64,000 bases of DNA, from the NCBI GenBank assembly GCA_964618825.1, contig CAZUCW010000001.1, positions 9,543 through 73,542 of the forward strand, in the 5' to 3' direction. The notes beneath the pieces are model-generated. The model was not told where the DNA came from and searched no databases. It worked only from the letters and a program-made list of their open reading frames with translations. The position numbers were made by a program, and so were the translations under genes. The stretch is from an uncultured Aquabacterium sp. Its GTDB lineage: Bacteria; Pseudomonadota; Gammaproteobacteria; Burkholderiales; Burkholderiaceae_C. Shown here in pieces: positions 47,507 through 57,535 of this stretch. Each line of letters begins with the position of its first letter. Position 1 is the first letter of the stretch.

Positions 47507-48636
47507 CAGATCACCTCGAGTTCAGCATGGAGCGCGCCTGCCGCCTTCATGGCCTGCAAGATGGCCAGCAGGTCCTGGGGGGTGGCCCCGAGCGCGTTCA
47601 ACGCTTTGACCACATCGGTGAGTTTGGTGCCCGCAGGCATGTTGATCAGCGAACCCGCATCCTGCCGCACTTGAATATCTGCCTTTTCGGCCACTTGGGT
47701 TGTGCCGCTAGAGAATGCACCCGGTTGGCTGATTACGGGCGTCGAGTTGATCGTGACCGAGAGGTTTCCGTGAGCTACTGCACACGGCCCGAGTGATACG
47801 GCCTGGTTCATCACCACCGACCCGGTGCGTGCGTTGATCACCACTCGCGCGGCGGGCGATGCCTGAGAGATGTCGATGTTTTCGATATCGGCCATGAAAG
47901 ACACCCGCTCGTTGGGCGATGGCGGCATGGCCACGCGCACCGTGCGAGCATTGATGGCCATGGCGCGGCCTTCGCCTTTGGCGGCATTGATGGCGCGAGC
48001 CACTTCGCGGGCGGTGTTGAAGTCTTCGGCATTGAGATCGAGCGTGATCGCATCGCCTTGCAGCCAGGGGGTGGGCACCGAGCGTTCGACGGTGGCCCCC
48101 GACGGCACGCGGCCAGCGCTGAGATGGTTGATCTGCACCTTAGAGCCGGCAGCACTCGCGCCTGCACCGCCCACGATCAGGTTGCCCTGTGCGAGGGCGT
48201 AGATTTGCCCATCGGCGCCCTTGAGCGCTGTGGCGATCAGCGTGCCGCCACGCAGCGATTTGGCATTGCCCAGCGACGATACATTGACATCAATGCTTTG
48301 CCCTGGTTGTGCAAACGGCGGCAGTGTGGCCGTTACCAGCACCGAGGCCACGTTGCGCAATTGCATGCTCGTGCCTGCAGGCACCGTGGTGCCCAACTGC
48401 TGAAGCATGGCGCTCAGGCTTTGGGTGGTGAAAGGGGTTTGCGTGGTTTGATCCCCCGTGCCATCGAGGCCCACCACCAGGCCGTATCCCACCAACTGGT
48501 TGGGGCGCACGCCCTGAATCGTGGCCACCTCTTTGAGGCGCACCGCATGAGCTGGCACCGGCCACCACAGCGCAGCGCTGGCCGCAAAGGCTGCTACGGC
48601 GATGAGCCATTTGATGAGCTTTTCTGAGGTGTCCAT
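47506..48636 (-). CDS. flgI: flagellar P-ring protein
   Basis: GVRPNQLVGYGLVVGLDGTGD, AKSLRGGTL, KAAGAL.AEL. Confidence 0.96.
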   Translation of the reverse strand: MDTSEKLIKWLIAVAAFAASAALWWPVPAHAVRLKEVATIQGVRPNQLVGYGLVVGLDGTGDQTTQTPFTTQSLSAMLQQLGTTVPAGTSMQLRNVASVLVTATLPPFAQPGQSIDVNVSSLGNAKSLRGGTLIATALKGADGQIYALAQGNLIVGGAGASAAGSKVQINHLSAGRVPSGATVERSVPTPWLQGDAITLDLNAEDFNTAREVARAINAAKGEGRAMAINARTVRVAMPPSPNERVSFMADIENIDISQASPAARVVINARTGSVVMNQAVSLGPCAVAHGNLSVTINSTPVISQPGAFSSGTTQVAEKADIQVRQDAGSLINMPAGTKLTDVVKALNALGATPQDLLAILQAMKAAGALHAELEVI

Positions 48637-48676
48637 GAGGCCAACAATCGGGGTGTTTGCCTCATTCTGAAGCGGC

Positions 48677-49369
48677 TCAGAACGGCAAAACGTTCAAAAA
48701 GACCCTGCCCAGCCAGCCTATTCCTTGGGCTTCGGCGCCGGCGCCGCGCCCGCGCTGCTCGAGCCTCACGTTGGCCACAGCGGTAGACGGCACCACGTTA
48801 CCTGGCTGGATGGTGCTGGGATCGACTTGCCCCGAAAAACGCAGCACGTCGACGTTTTCGTTAACCCCGAGCTGTTTTTCGCCAGAGATCACCAAATGCC
48901 CATTGGGCAGCACCTCAATCACCGTGGCCGTGATGCTGCCCGTGAAGGTGTTGCTGTTGGCCGTATCGGCCTTGCCCTCAAACTCGCTGGTGCTCGACGC
49001 ATCGGCTCCCAAGCGCCCCAGCAGTTTGGCTGAGTTGAGGAAAGGGATGGACGAAACCGATGCCGAGGCCGAACCCTCTTTGTCGATCTTGCTGGTTGAA
49101 CTTTGCGTGGCCGACACCTTTTCGACGATGGTGATCGTGAGCGTGTCGCCCACCATGCGGGCGCGGTGATCCTCAAACAGCGGACGGTAGCTGCCGTTGT
49201 TGTAGATCGATCCGCTCGACACCATAGGCACGATCACCGGCTGAGGCCGCACTGCGGTGGGTTGCGCCACATCGACGCGCGGCGCCATGGTTTGGCAGCC
49301 GCTCAACAGCACCGATAGGGCACCGATCAGGTTCAGGGTGAGCGAGGTGGTGCGGCGAATCATGGCCAT
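48677..49369 (-). CDS. flgH: flagellar L-ring lipoprotein
   Basis: Lipobox LSGC, LFED.RA..VGD, VLPNG.L.I.GEK, terminal PF. Confidence 0.95.
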   Translation of the reverse strand: MAMIRRTTSLTLNLIGALSVLLSGCQTMAPRVDVAQPTAVRPQPVIVPMVSSGSIYNNGSYRPLFEDHRARMVGDTLTITIVEKVSATQSSTSKIDKEGSASASVSSIPFLNSAKLLGRLGADASSTSEFEGKADTANSNTFTGSITATVIEVLPNGHLVISGEKQLGVNENVDVLRFSGQVDPSTIQPGNVVPSTAVANVRLEQRGRGAGAEAQGIGWLGRVFLNVLPF

Positions 49370-49423
49370 GAATCGAGGTTGTGATAACAGGGGGATCAGC
49401 TGGTGGGCGTGCGCATCAGTCGA

Positions 49424-50206
49424 TCAAATCTGCGCCAGCTTTTGCAGCATCTGATCAGAGGTCTGGATGGCCTTTGAGTTGAGCTCGTAGGCACGCTGCG
49501 TCTGGATCATCGACACCAGCTCTTCAACCACGTTTACGTTGGACGTTTCAACGTATCCCTGTGCCAGGCTGCCGTGGCCGTTGCTGCTGGGGGACGCCGT
49601 GCTGGGCGTGCCTGAGGCGGCTGTTTCGGCGTAAATGTTTTGGCCTTTTGGATCCAGCCCGGCGGGGTTGATGAAATTGGCGGTTTGGATCTGCCCCAGC
49701 GTTTGTGCCGTGGCTTGGCCCGGCAGCGTGGCGCTCACCGTGCCATCGGGGGCAATCGTGACGCTTTGCGCCGTGGCTGGCACCACAACACCAGGTTGCA
49801 ACACATAGCCGTTGTTGGTAACGATCTGCCCGGTCGAATCGAGCTTGAACGCACCATCGCGTGTGTAGCCCGTGGTGCCATCGGGCATGGTGATCTGAAA
49901 GAACCCTTGCCCCTGAATCGCCACATCGAGCGTGTTGGTGGTTTGCTGCAGATTGCCTTGGCTGAACTCGCGCGCCGTGGCCACCGGGCGCACGCCCAGG
50001 CCTACCTGCAGGCCCGTGGGCAACTGCGTTTGCTCTGAGCTGCTGGCGCCCGATTGGCGCAGGTTTTGATACATCAGATCTTCGAACACTGCGTGTGAAC
50101 GCTTGTAGCCGTTGGTAGCGCTGTTGGCGAGGTTGTTCGAGATGTGATCGAGCTGGGTCTGTTGTGCCTCCATGCCCGATTTCGAAATCCACAGTGAACG
50201 CATCAT
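49424..50206 (-). CDS. flgG: flagellar basal-body distal rod protein
   Basis: [47 protein letters not shown]. Confidence 0.96.
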   Translation of the reverse strand: MMRSLWISKSGMEAQQTQLDHISNNLANSATNGYKRSHAVFEDLMYQNLRQSGASSSEQTQLPTGLQVGLGVRPVATAREFSQGNLQQTTNTLDVAIQGQGFFQITMPDGTTGYTRDGAFKLDSTGQIVTNNGYVLQPGVVVPATAQSVTIAPDGTVSATLPGQATAQTLGQIQTANFINPAGLDPKGQNIYAETAASGTPSTASPSSNGHGSLAQGYVETSNVNVVEELVSMIQTQRAYELNSKAIQTSDQMLQKLAQI

Positions 50207-50239
50207 GTTCGTACTCCTTTGTTTTCAGCGGGCCATGGC

Positions 50240-50971
50240 TCAACCGTTCATCGACAGCAGCCGCTGGGCGGCTTGTTCGTCTCTCTCGGCGGTTTGCATC
50301 AATTTCATTTGCGCTTCGAATTGCCGGGCAGCGGCGATCATGGCCACCATCGTGCCCACAGCGCTCACGTTCGATCCTTCGAGCGCGCCGTCTTGAAGCC
50401 GAGCGTTGGGGTCGGCGCTCAGATCAGCGCCCTCGGCGGATCGAAACAAGCCATCGTCGCCGCGCACCAGTTTGGTTTCGGGCGTCACCATCTTGATCTT
50501 GCCCACGGGCGTGCTCTTGCCGTTGGCCTGCTTGGCGCTGATCGTGCCATCGGGTGCAATGCTGGGGGTGGTATCGGGCGGCATCACGATCGGGCCGCCA
50601 TCGCCCATCACCGGCAGGCCAGATTGCGTTTTGAGATTGCCCTCAGCATCGATCGTCAGTGAGCCCATGCGGGTGTAGGCCTCGGTGCCATCGAGCCCTT
50701 GCACGGCCATCCAGGCCCGCCCCTGCATGGCCACATCAAGCGGGCTGCCCGTAACGGTAACAGGGCCAGCCGCATCGTCGTAGCCCAGGGTGGTTTCAAG
50801 CGCATACACGCGCGTGCTGGCACCGTCGCCACGCACTGGCACGGCACGATAGGCCTGCATCTCGGCACGAAAACCGTTGGTGGAGGCGTTGGCCAGGTTG
50901 TGCGAGAGCACATCTTGGCGCTCCATATTGGCTTTGGCGCCGGTCATCGACAAATAAATCATGCGATCCAT
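50240..50971 (-). CDS. flgF: flagellar basal-body rod protein
   Basis: MDRMIYLSMTGA, NLANASTNGFR, EAYTR.G, LEGSNV. Confidence 0.94.
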   Translation of the reverse strand: MDRMIYLSMTGAKANMERQDVLSHNLANASTNGFRAEMQAYRAVPVRGDGASTRVYALETTLGYDDAAGPVTVTGSPLDVAMQGRAWMAVQGLDGTEAYTRMGSLTIDAEGNLKTQSGLPVMGDGGPIVMPPDTTPSIAPDGTISAKQANGKSTPVGKIKMVTPETKLVRGDDGLFRSAEGADLSADPNARLQDGALEGSNVSAVGTMVAMIAAARQFEAQMKLMQTAERDEQAAQRLLSMNG

Positions 50972-51008
50972 GGCAAGCCCCCGTGGCGTTCAGCAATCAA
51001 AGGCGCGA

Positions 51009-52274
51009 TCAGCGCATGTTCACCAGCGTTTGCAGCACGCTGTCTTGTGTCTTGATCGTTTGAGCGTTGGCCTGATAGGCACGCTGTGCCACGATCATGT
51101 CGACCAACTCGCCCGTGAGATCGACGTTTGACGACTCAAGCGCGCCCGATTGCAGCAGGCCAAAGTTGCCCACGCCCGGGGTGCTCACGATCGGATCACC
51201 CGAGGCGTAGGTTTGAGCCCACTCGTTGCCACCCAGCGGCTGCAGCCCCTGGTTGTTGTGGAACGTTGCCAGCTCGATCTGGCCGGCGGGTTTAGATTGG
51301 CCGTTCGAGTAGCGTGCCATGATGATCCCGCTCGAATCGACCTGAATCGACGAAAGCTGCCCCGCCGCGTAGCCGCTTTGGGTGATGTTGGTGACGGCAA
51401 AAGAGCTGCCGTATTCGGTCATGTCGGACAGATCAAGTGCAATGCCGGTAATGGGTTGGCTTGCCCCGCCGCTGCTCAACGTCACCGACGGCACATCAAA
51501 CGAAACAGGCGCTGCCGGCAAGGTGGGCGTGCCGCCTGTGGCCGGAAAACTGATCGTTGAGATCAGCCCGGGCGTGGCCGCCGTGGGGTTCACCAAACTG
51601 CCGTTGGCTGTGGCAAAAACCTGCCATGTGTTGCCCGTGGCGGTCGACGAAGCCGATTTGCGGAAGTAATACGTCAGGGCCACATCCTGCCCTTTGTCGT
51701 CGTACACCGTTTGCGATGTGGCTTTGTAGTAGGTGGTTGGATCGGTAGAGTCGAACGCCGACGTGATGGTGCTCACGCGCGAATCGAGCGTGGCCTCGAT
51801 GGCTGCCTCGTCGGTAACGTGCGGGTCGATGCCGCCTGTTGGCAGTTGCAGTGGCGCCGCTTGGCCCGGCACGATGGTGCCGCTGGCATCGGCCGGATAG
51901 CCCAGCAGGTTGTGGCCTTGGTTGTTAACCAAATAGCCATCGCGGTCTTGCTTGAACTGGCCGTTGCGCGTGTAGAGATTGGGGCCCGAGCCCGTGCTCA
52001 CCTGAAAAAAACCACTGCCGTTGATGGCGATATCGAGCGGGTTGTCGGTGGTGGTGATGTTGCCCTGCGTGAACTGTTGCGAAATCGAGGCCACCTGCAC
52101 GCCGATGCCAACGCTGTTGCTGCCGGTGCCGTTCATCGAGTTGGCATACATATCGGCAAATTCAGCACGCGAAGCCTTGGCGCCATAGGTGTTGGCGTTG
52201 GCCACGTTGTTGCCGATCACTTCGAGATCGCGAGACGCGGCGTTCAGACCGGAGAGACCTTGTTGAAAACTCAT
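51009..52274 (-). CDS. flgE: flagellar hook protein
   Basis: MSFQQGLSGLNAA, IGNNVAN..T.G, LESSNVDL..ELV..I.AQRAYQANAQTI. Confidence 0.96.
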   Translation of the reverse strand: MSFQQGLSGLNAASRDLEVIGNNVANANTYGAKASRAEFADMYANSMNGTGSNSVGIGVQVASISQQFTQGNITTTDNPLDIAINGSGFFQVSTGSGPNLYTRNGQFKQDRDGYLVNNQGHNLLGYPADASGTIVPGQAAPLQLPTGGIDPHVTDEAAIEATLDSRVSTITSAFDSTDPTTYYKATSQTVYDDKGQDVALTYYFRKSASSTATGNTWQVFATANGSLVNPTAATPGLISTISFPATGGTPTLPAAPVSFDVPSVTLSSGGASQPITGIALDLSDMTEYGSSFAVTNITQSGYAAGQLSSIQVDSSGIIMARYSNGQSKPAGQIELATFHNNQGLQPLGGNEWAQTYASGDPIVSTPGVGNFGLLQSGALESSNVDLTGELVDMIVAQRAYQANAQTIKTQDSVLQTLVNMR

Positions 52275-52324
52275 GATGCTTCCTTTCGGGGGTACGGCTG
52301 GATTCGGATAAAGACTTCACGCCA

Positions 52325-52963
52325 TCAAGAGGCTATCGAACGGACGGATGTGTACGGCACAGAGCCGCCTTTTTTGAGTTGAAGGCTCAAGACATTGTTC
52401 GAGCCAATTGACACGGCATCGATTTGGTCTCGTGAGTACGTTGTTGCGGTCAGTTTTGTCTTGCCCGACTCTGCGGTGATCGAGAACGACACATCTTTTG
52501 TGCTCACGCCTTCTTTCGGTGTCCAAGTAAATGTGTGCAGTCCTTTGTCTTGTTTTCCAAGGTCTATGGTGTCGATCACCGTATTGCTTGAATTCATGAC
52601 GTTCACCTTTACGCTGGTTGCCGATACACCCAGATCAAAAGCGCCTTGTGCGGTGCCAGTGCTTTCAACGTTGAGCGCCGAACCTTTTGCTAAAACGTTG
52701 CGGCCAACCAGTGATGCTCCCTGCATAGAAGTCATTGCGCCGATTGAAGAATTTAGTTTTTCGATGCCGGTGACGGTGTTGATCTGCGCCATCTGGCTCG
52801 TTACCTCGGCGTTGTCCATCGGGTTGAGCGGATCCTGATTTTTCATTTGAGCCACCAGCAGCTTCAAAAAACGGTCTGAGCCGTCGGTGGATGAGGTGGT
52901 GGTCGACGAGGTGCTGCCCGTTGTGGTGCCCGAGGTTGAGCTGGTTGATGTCACGGTGCTCAT
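52325..52963 (-). CDS. flgD: flagellar hook capping protein
   Basis: FLKLLVAQMKNQDPLNPMDNAEVTSQMAQI. Confidence 0.95.
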   Translation of the reverse strand: MSTVTSTSSTSGTTTGSTSSTTTSSTDGSDRFLKLLVAQMKNQDPLNPMDNAEVTSQMAQINTVTGIEKLNSSIGAMTSMQGASLVGRNVLAKGSALNVESTGTAQGAFDLGVSATSVKVNVMNSSNTVIDTIDLGKQDKGLHTFTWTPKEGVSTKDVSFSITAESGKTKLTATTYSRDQIDAVSIGSNNVLSLQLKKGGSVPYTSVRSIAS

Positions 52964-53019
52964 GAGCGTCTTTCAATGAAGATGGGTTGTTGAGACGATG
53001 CCGGCGCCGGTGAGGGCGA

Positions 53020-53427
53020 TCAGCTCTGCCCCATTTGCAGGGTCTTCATGAGCAACGACTTGGCGGTGTTCATGACTTCGATGTTGTTTTGATACGAGCG
53101 CGAGGCCGAGATCATGTTGACCATTTCTTCAACCGAGTTCACGTTGCTGTAGGTAACGTAGCCATCGGCGTCGGCTTGCGGGTTGGCTGGGTCGAGCGTG
53201 CGCCGCCCGGGGGTTTGCGATTCGGTGATCTGCGCCACCTTGACGCCGGCGGTGCCTGCCGTGCCCATGAGCTGGGTTTGAAACACCACTTGCCGCGCCT
53301 TGTAGGCAGTGCCGTCGGGGCCGGCTACGGTGTCGGCGTTGGCCAGATTTGAGGCCACCACATTGAGGCGCTGTGATTGCGCGCTCACCGCGCTGCCTGA
53401 GATATTGAAGATGTTGAACATCGACAT
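53020..53427 (-). CDS. flgC: flagellar basal-body rod protein
   Basis: [22 protein letters not shown]...[17 protein letters not shown]. Confidence 0.96.
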   Translation of the reverse strand: MSMFNIFNISGSAVSAQSQRLNVVASNLANADTVAGPDGTAYKARQVVFQTQLMGTAGTAGVKVAQITESQTPGRRTLDPANPQADADGYVTYSNVNSVEEMVNMISASRSYQNNIEVMNTAKSLLMKTLQMGQS

Positions 53428-53461
53428 GGTGGGCTCCTGTTACTGCGGGGTGCCTGGGTGA

Positions 53462-53878
53462 TCACTGTCCGGTGATGGCAGTGAGCAGCGTGCGCACCTG
53501 CCCCGAGATGAAACGCAGTGAGGCTTCGTAGTGCACGGTGTTGTCTGCAAAACTGGCGCGCTCGCGATCCATATCAACGCTGTTGCTATCGAGGTTGGTT
53601 TGGCTGGGTTTGGCGTAGAGCATGGTGGTTTGCGCCGAGCCGGCAGGCTGGCCATTGAGGCCCAAGTGGCCTTGCGCCGTTGAGCTCAGGGTGACGACGC
53701 TGCTGGGGCCGGCGGCCACGCCGCTGGATCGCAACGCTTGGCCAACATCGAAATCGCGTGCCTGGTAGCCGGGCGTGTCGGCATTGGCGATGTTGCTGGC
53801 GATCACGCGCTGACGCTCGGCCCGCAGGCTCAGCGCCTGGGCTTGAAAATTCAGCGAGTTGGTCAGTTTGTCCAGCAT
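53462..53878 (-). CDS. flgB: flagellar basal-body rod protein
   Basis: RQRVIASNIANADTPGYQARD, D.N.VDMDRER; GGAG upstream of ATG 53878. Confidence 0.95.
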   Translation of the reverse strand: MLDKLTNSLNFQAQALSLRAERQRVIASNIANADTPGYQARDFDVGQALRSSGVAAGPSSVVTLSSTAQGHLGLNGQPAGSAQTTMLYAKPSQTNLDSNSVDMDRERASFADNTVHYEASLRFISGQVRTLLTAITGQ

Positions 53879-54051
53879 GATCGTCTCCTGTTGCCAGGGT
53901 GCTGCGGGGGCCTTGTTGTGTTGGCGCACCTTGAGCGGTTTGGTGATCATTCTTTGCCGCCAACCGCCCAAACATGAGCCGGATAAGCGCGTTTTTCGGG
54001 CGTCAATTCGCTGTCTACTCTTACCGCTTTGAGGCCTAGAGTTCATGTGTC

Positions 54052-54873
54052 ATGAAAGGCTTGGCACGCATCCTCTCGTTGATCGCGCATCGCTGCACCT
54101 GCTTGGGTGTGTTGATGGCGTGCGCGTCGGCGCCAGCCATGGCGGCGCTTGAGGTGCAGCTCGATCAGGCGCAAGACGCCTTGCAGCGTGCGCGTGCGTT
54201 AGCGGCGATTCCGGTGCCGCCCGATCACATCGAAGCCCGGGTGCTTGATCTGGTGCGGCAATGGGCGCCGCAGGCTGCCCGACGTTTGTCAGCCGATGCG
54301 CAAGCTGTGCCGATCAGCCGTATCGAGGTGGCTTGGGGGGTAGTGGATGGCCGGCTCAGGCTGGCGGCGTGTGAAAAAGTGCAGGTTTATGTGCCGGACG
54401 GCGCCACGCTCTGGGGCCGCTCGAGAGTGGGCGTGCGCTGCGAACGTGGCGCTGTGCGCTGGAACGTGTTTGTGCCCGTGATGGTGAGGGCCATCGGGCG
54501 CGGTGTGGTGCCGGCGGTGCCGCTCATGGCGGGGGCCAAACTCGAGGCGGGTGATTTGCGCTTGGCAGAGGTTGATCTGGCCGCGGATGCCTCTGCCGCT
54601 GTGCTGGCGGTTGATGCGGTGGTGGGCCGGGTGCTGGCCCGCAATATGGCTGCAGGGGTGAGTTTGCGCCAGGATCATCTGCGGCCTCGGCGGTATTTTT
54701 CGGTGGGCGATCCGGTGCGCCTGGTGGTGAAGGGCAGCGGATTTGCCGTGAACGGCGAGGGGCAGGCCCTGACACCCGGTGATGAAGGGCAGTGCGCCCG
54801 GGTGCGCACCGAAAGTGGGCGTATCGTGTGCGGACAGCCGGTTGGCGATCGCCTGGTTGAGTTGTTGTTGTAG
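54052..54873 (+). CDS. flgA: flagellar P-ring formation chaperone
   Basis: Divergent from flgB; L.ACE...WG...VGVRC....W...VPV, SAF-like region, G.GF.V..EG.AL. Confidence 0.88.
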   Translation: MKGLARILSLIAHRCTCLGVLMACASAPAMAALEVQLDQAQDALQRARALAAIPVPPDHIEARVLDLVRQWAPQAARRLSADAQAVPISRIEVAWGVVDGRLRLAACEKVQVYVPDGATLWGRSRVGVRCERGAVRWNVFVPVMVRAIGRGVVPAVPLMAGAKLEAGDLRLAEVDLAADASAAVLAVDAVVGRVLARNMAAGVSLRQDHLRPRRYFSVGDPVRLVVKGSGFAVNGEGQALTPGDEGQCARVRTESGRIVCGQPVGDRLVELLL

Positions 54874-54904
54874 TGCCGCTGAAGACGAAGTGTGAAAAAG
54901 GTTC

Positions 54905-54931
54905 TAAAGTTTGCTGCCCGCACGTCGATAA
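54905..54931 (+). promoter_or_regulatory. sigma-28 (FliA) promoter of flgM
   Basis: TAAAGTTT-N11-GTCGATAA versus consensus TAAAGTTT-N11-GCCGATAA, ~45 nt upstream of flgM. Confidence 0.85.
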
Positions 54932-54976
54932 ACCAGACGTGACAGTTCGGTTTGAACCGGGCTGAAGGAGAAACGT

Positions 54977-55306
54977 ATGAAAGTCGGCAACCCCTTGGAC
55001 AAGGCCGTTGGCGGAGTCTCACCCACCAAAGCGGTTGGTGAAGGCTCGGGCTCGGCATCGCGCACGACGGGCAAATCGTCGTCGAGCGAATCCAGCGCCA
55101 GCGGCGACAGCACCACCGTGCAGATTTCATCGGCGGCCAGCAGCTTGCTGTCGTCGGTAACGGCAGCCACGGCTGAGTTCGATGCAGGCAAGGTCGAGCA
55201 GGTGAAGCAATCGATCAACGATGGCAGCTATCAGGTGAATCATGAAGCGATTGCCGACAAGCTCATCGCCAATGCTCAAGAGCTGTTGAGCAATAAATCA
55301 CGCTGA
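54977..55306 (+). CDS. flgM: anti-sigma-28 factor FlgM
   Basis: V.IS, FDAGKVEQVKQSINDGSYQVNHEAIADKL; AAGGAG RBS. Confidence 0.93.
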   Translation: MKVGNPLDKAVGGVSPTKAVGEGSGSASRTTGKSSSSESSASGDSTTVQISSAASSLLSSVTAATAEFDAGKVEQVKQSINDGSYQVNHEAIADKLIANAQELLSNKSR

Positions 55307-55352
55307 CGCTGCCTGATCAGCGTTTTTTAGCAACGATTGCCAGAAAGCCGCC

Positions 55353-55760
55353 ATGTTGTACAACGCTGCTGGCCCCACGAACGCTGCCGAGAATCCGGCG
55401 TTCAATGATCTTGAGCCTTTGCTGGCTCAGGTTGAGTCGCACCTCGAGTTGCTAGGCCAGGCGCTGGTGCAGCGCGATGCCGAGGCCATTGAGGCGCACG
55501 CCACTGAGCTGCATCGCGCTTTGGTGCGCGCGCTCGATGGTTTTGCTCAGGCGGCTCGCAGGGGGCCGGTGCCCAATCCGCTGCGCACCCGGCTGGCTCG
55601 CGCCGGCGGGCAGGTGGCGATTCAGCGCGAATGCCTTTCGCGCGCTACAGCAGCACTTGATCGCGCCATCGATGCCATGATGCCGCGCGATGCCTCGGGG
55701 CTTTACAACGCTTCGGGCACGGCGTCGCGTTTGTCGTCGGGCGGTAGCGTTCAGGCTTGA
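55353..55760 (+). CDS. helical protein at the FlgN position (FlgN-like or hypothetical)
   Basis: Follows flgM; predicted helical; C-terminal LYNASG resembles the FlgN tail. Confidence 0.55.
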   Translation: MLYNAAGPTNAAENPAFNDLEPLLAQVESHLELLGQALVQRDAEAIEAHATELHRALVRALDGFAQAARRGPVPNPLRTRLARAGGQVAIQRECLSRATAALDRAIDAMMPRDASGLYNASGTASRLSSGGSVQA

Positions 55761-55796
55761 TGCCTTTTGGGGCGCCGAGGGCTTGCCCTTTATCCT

Positions 55797-57527
55797 TTAA
55801 TCACTCAGCGCTTCGACCACCATTTGCACGCGGCTGCGGCCTTGGTATTCGTCGACCGCCAGCCGGTAGGCCATGCGGCCCCGTTCGGGGATGGGCTCTG
55901 AGCGGCCAAACCAGATGGCATCGCGCAGTTGCCCGGCGTGGCGCACCTGCAGCTTGAGGTGGCGCTCGCCTACGAGGCGCTGCGAAACGATGTCGACGTT
56001 GTCGCTGAACAGCGGCGCATCGAAGGCCATGCCCCACACTTCGCGCTCAAGCAGGCGCACGAGTTCGGGCTCAAACCATTGCGCATCGAGCGGCCCGTCG
56101 GTAACCACCTGCCGGGCCAGATGCTCGGGCTGCAGCCAGGCTTGGGCCACGTCGGCAAAGGCGTGGCTGAAGGTGTCGAAATCGCTTTCGGCCACGGTGC
56201 AGCCTGCTGCCATGGCGTGTCCGCCGAATTTTTTAAGCACGCCAGGATGACGTTTGCTCACGAGATCGAGCGCATCGCGCAGATGGAATCCTGCAATCGA
56301 TCGCCCTGAACCTTTGAGCAAGCCGTCCTGCCCGCGCGCAAACACGAAGGTGGGGCGATGCAGGCGGTCTTTGAGGCGCGAGGCGATGATGCCCACCACG
56401 CCTTCATGAAAATCGGGGTCGAAAAGGGCGATGGCGGCGGGCGCTGCATCGGGTGAGGTGGTGCGCGCCAGCAGTTCGTCGAGCAACCGTTCGGCCTGCT
56501 CTTTCATGCCGGCTTCGAGATCGCGGCGTTCGCGGTTGATGGCGTCGAGCGTGGTGGCGAGCTCGGTGGCGCGCGCGGCGTCGTCGGTGAGCAGGCATTC
56601 GATGCCCAGCGTCATGTCGGACAGCCGTCCGGCTGCGTTGATGCGTGGGCCCAGCGCAAAGCCAAAGTCGAACGTGCTGGCGCGGGTGGCGTCGCGGCCT
56701 GCCGCCCGAAAGAGTGCAGCCACGCCGGCGTGCATCTTGCCTTGGCGGATACGCTTGAGGCCCTGGGCCACGAGGCGGCGGTTGTTGGCGTCGAGTTTCA
56801 CTACATCGGCCACAGTGCCCAGAGCCACGAGGTCGAGCAGGGCATCCAGACGCGGCTGGGTGGTGGCATCGAAGGCGCCGCGCCGGCGCAACTCAGCACG
56901 CAGGGCCAACAGCACGTAAAACATCACGCCCACGCCGGCCAACGCCTTGCTCTCAAAGGCGCATGCGGGCTGGTTGGGGTTCACGATCACGTTGGCCTCG
57001 GGCAGGGCGACGGCACCGTGCTCATCGAGCGCCGGCAGGTGGTGATCGGTTATCAGCACCTTGAGCCCGTGCTGGCGGGCGTGGGCCACGCCGGCGAGGC
57101 TGGCGATGCCGTTGTCCACCGTGATCAGCACATCGGGGCGTTGCGCCAGTGCCAGATCAACGATGGCGGGCGTGAGGCCGTAGCCGTGCACCGCGCGGTC
57201 GGGCACCACATAGCCGGTGTTTTCGGGGCGTGCACCCAGCAGGCGCAGCCCGCGCAGTGCCACCGCACAGGCCGTGGCGCCATCGCAGTCGTAATCGGCC
57301 ACCACGCACAGCCGATGTTGGTGTTCGATGGCATCGGCCAGCAGGCGGGCAGCGGCGTCGGCGCCTCTTAGTGCGGTGGGTGGCAGCAGCCGCGCGGGGG
57401 AGTCGTCGAGATCGTCGGCGTTGCGGATGCCGCGTGCTGCAAACAGGCGCGCGAGCAGCGGATGTACGCCGGCTTGTTCGAGCGTCCAGGCGGTGCGTGG
57501 CGGCACGGTGCGGGTGGTGATGAGCAT
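55797..57527 (-). CDS. recJ: single-stranded-DNA exonuclease RecJ
   Basis: DYDCDGAT, TVDNGI, TDHH, LGTVADVV, PRINAAGRL, GSGRS, FGGHAMAAG. Confidence 0.96.
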   Translation of the reverse strand: MLITTRTVPPRTAWTLEQAGVHPLLARLFAARGIRNADDLDDSPARLLPPTALRGADAAARLLADAIEHQHRLCVVADYDCDGATACAVALRGLRLLGARPENTGYVVPDRAVHGYGLTPAIVDLALAQRPDVLITVDNGIASLAGVAHARQHGLKVLITDHHLPALDEHGAVALPEANVIVNPNQPACAFESKALAGVGVMFYVLLALRAELRRRGAFDATTQPRLDALLDLVALGTVADVVKLDANNRRLVAQGLKRIRQGKMHAGVAALFRAAGRDATRASTFDFGFALGPRINAAGRLSDMTLGIECLLTDDAARATELATTLDAINRERRDLEAGMKEQAERLLDELLARTTSPDAAPAAIALFDPDFHEGVVGIIASRLKDRLHRPTFVFARGQDGLLKGSGRSIAGFHLRDALDLVSKRHPGVLKKFGGHAMAAGCTVAESDFDTFSHAFADVAQAWLQPEHLARQVVTDGPLDAQWFEPELVRLLEREVWGMAFDAPLFSDNVDIVSQRLVGERHLKLQVRHAGQLRDAIWFGRSEPIPERGRMAYRLAVDEYQGRSRVQMVVEALSD

Positions 57528-57535
57528 GGTGCGAA

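Noticed and set aside
53960-54030. Possible FlhDC site between flgB and flgA
   Set aside because: Expected from context, but the match is too degenerate to place by eye.
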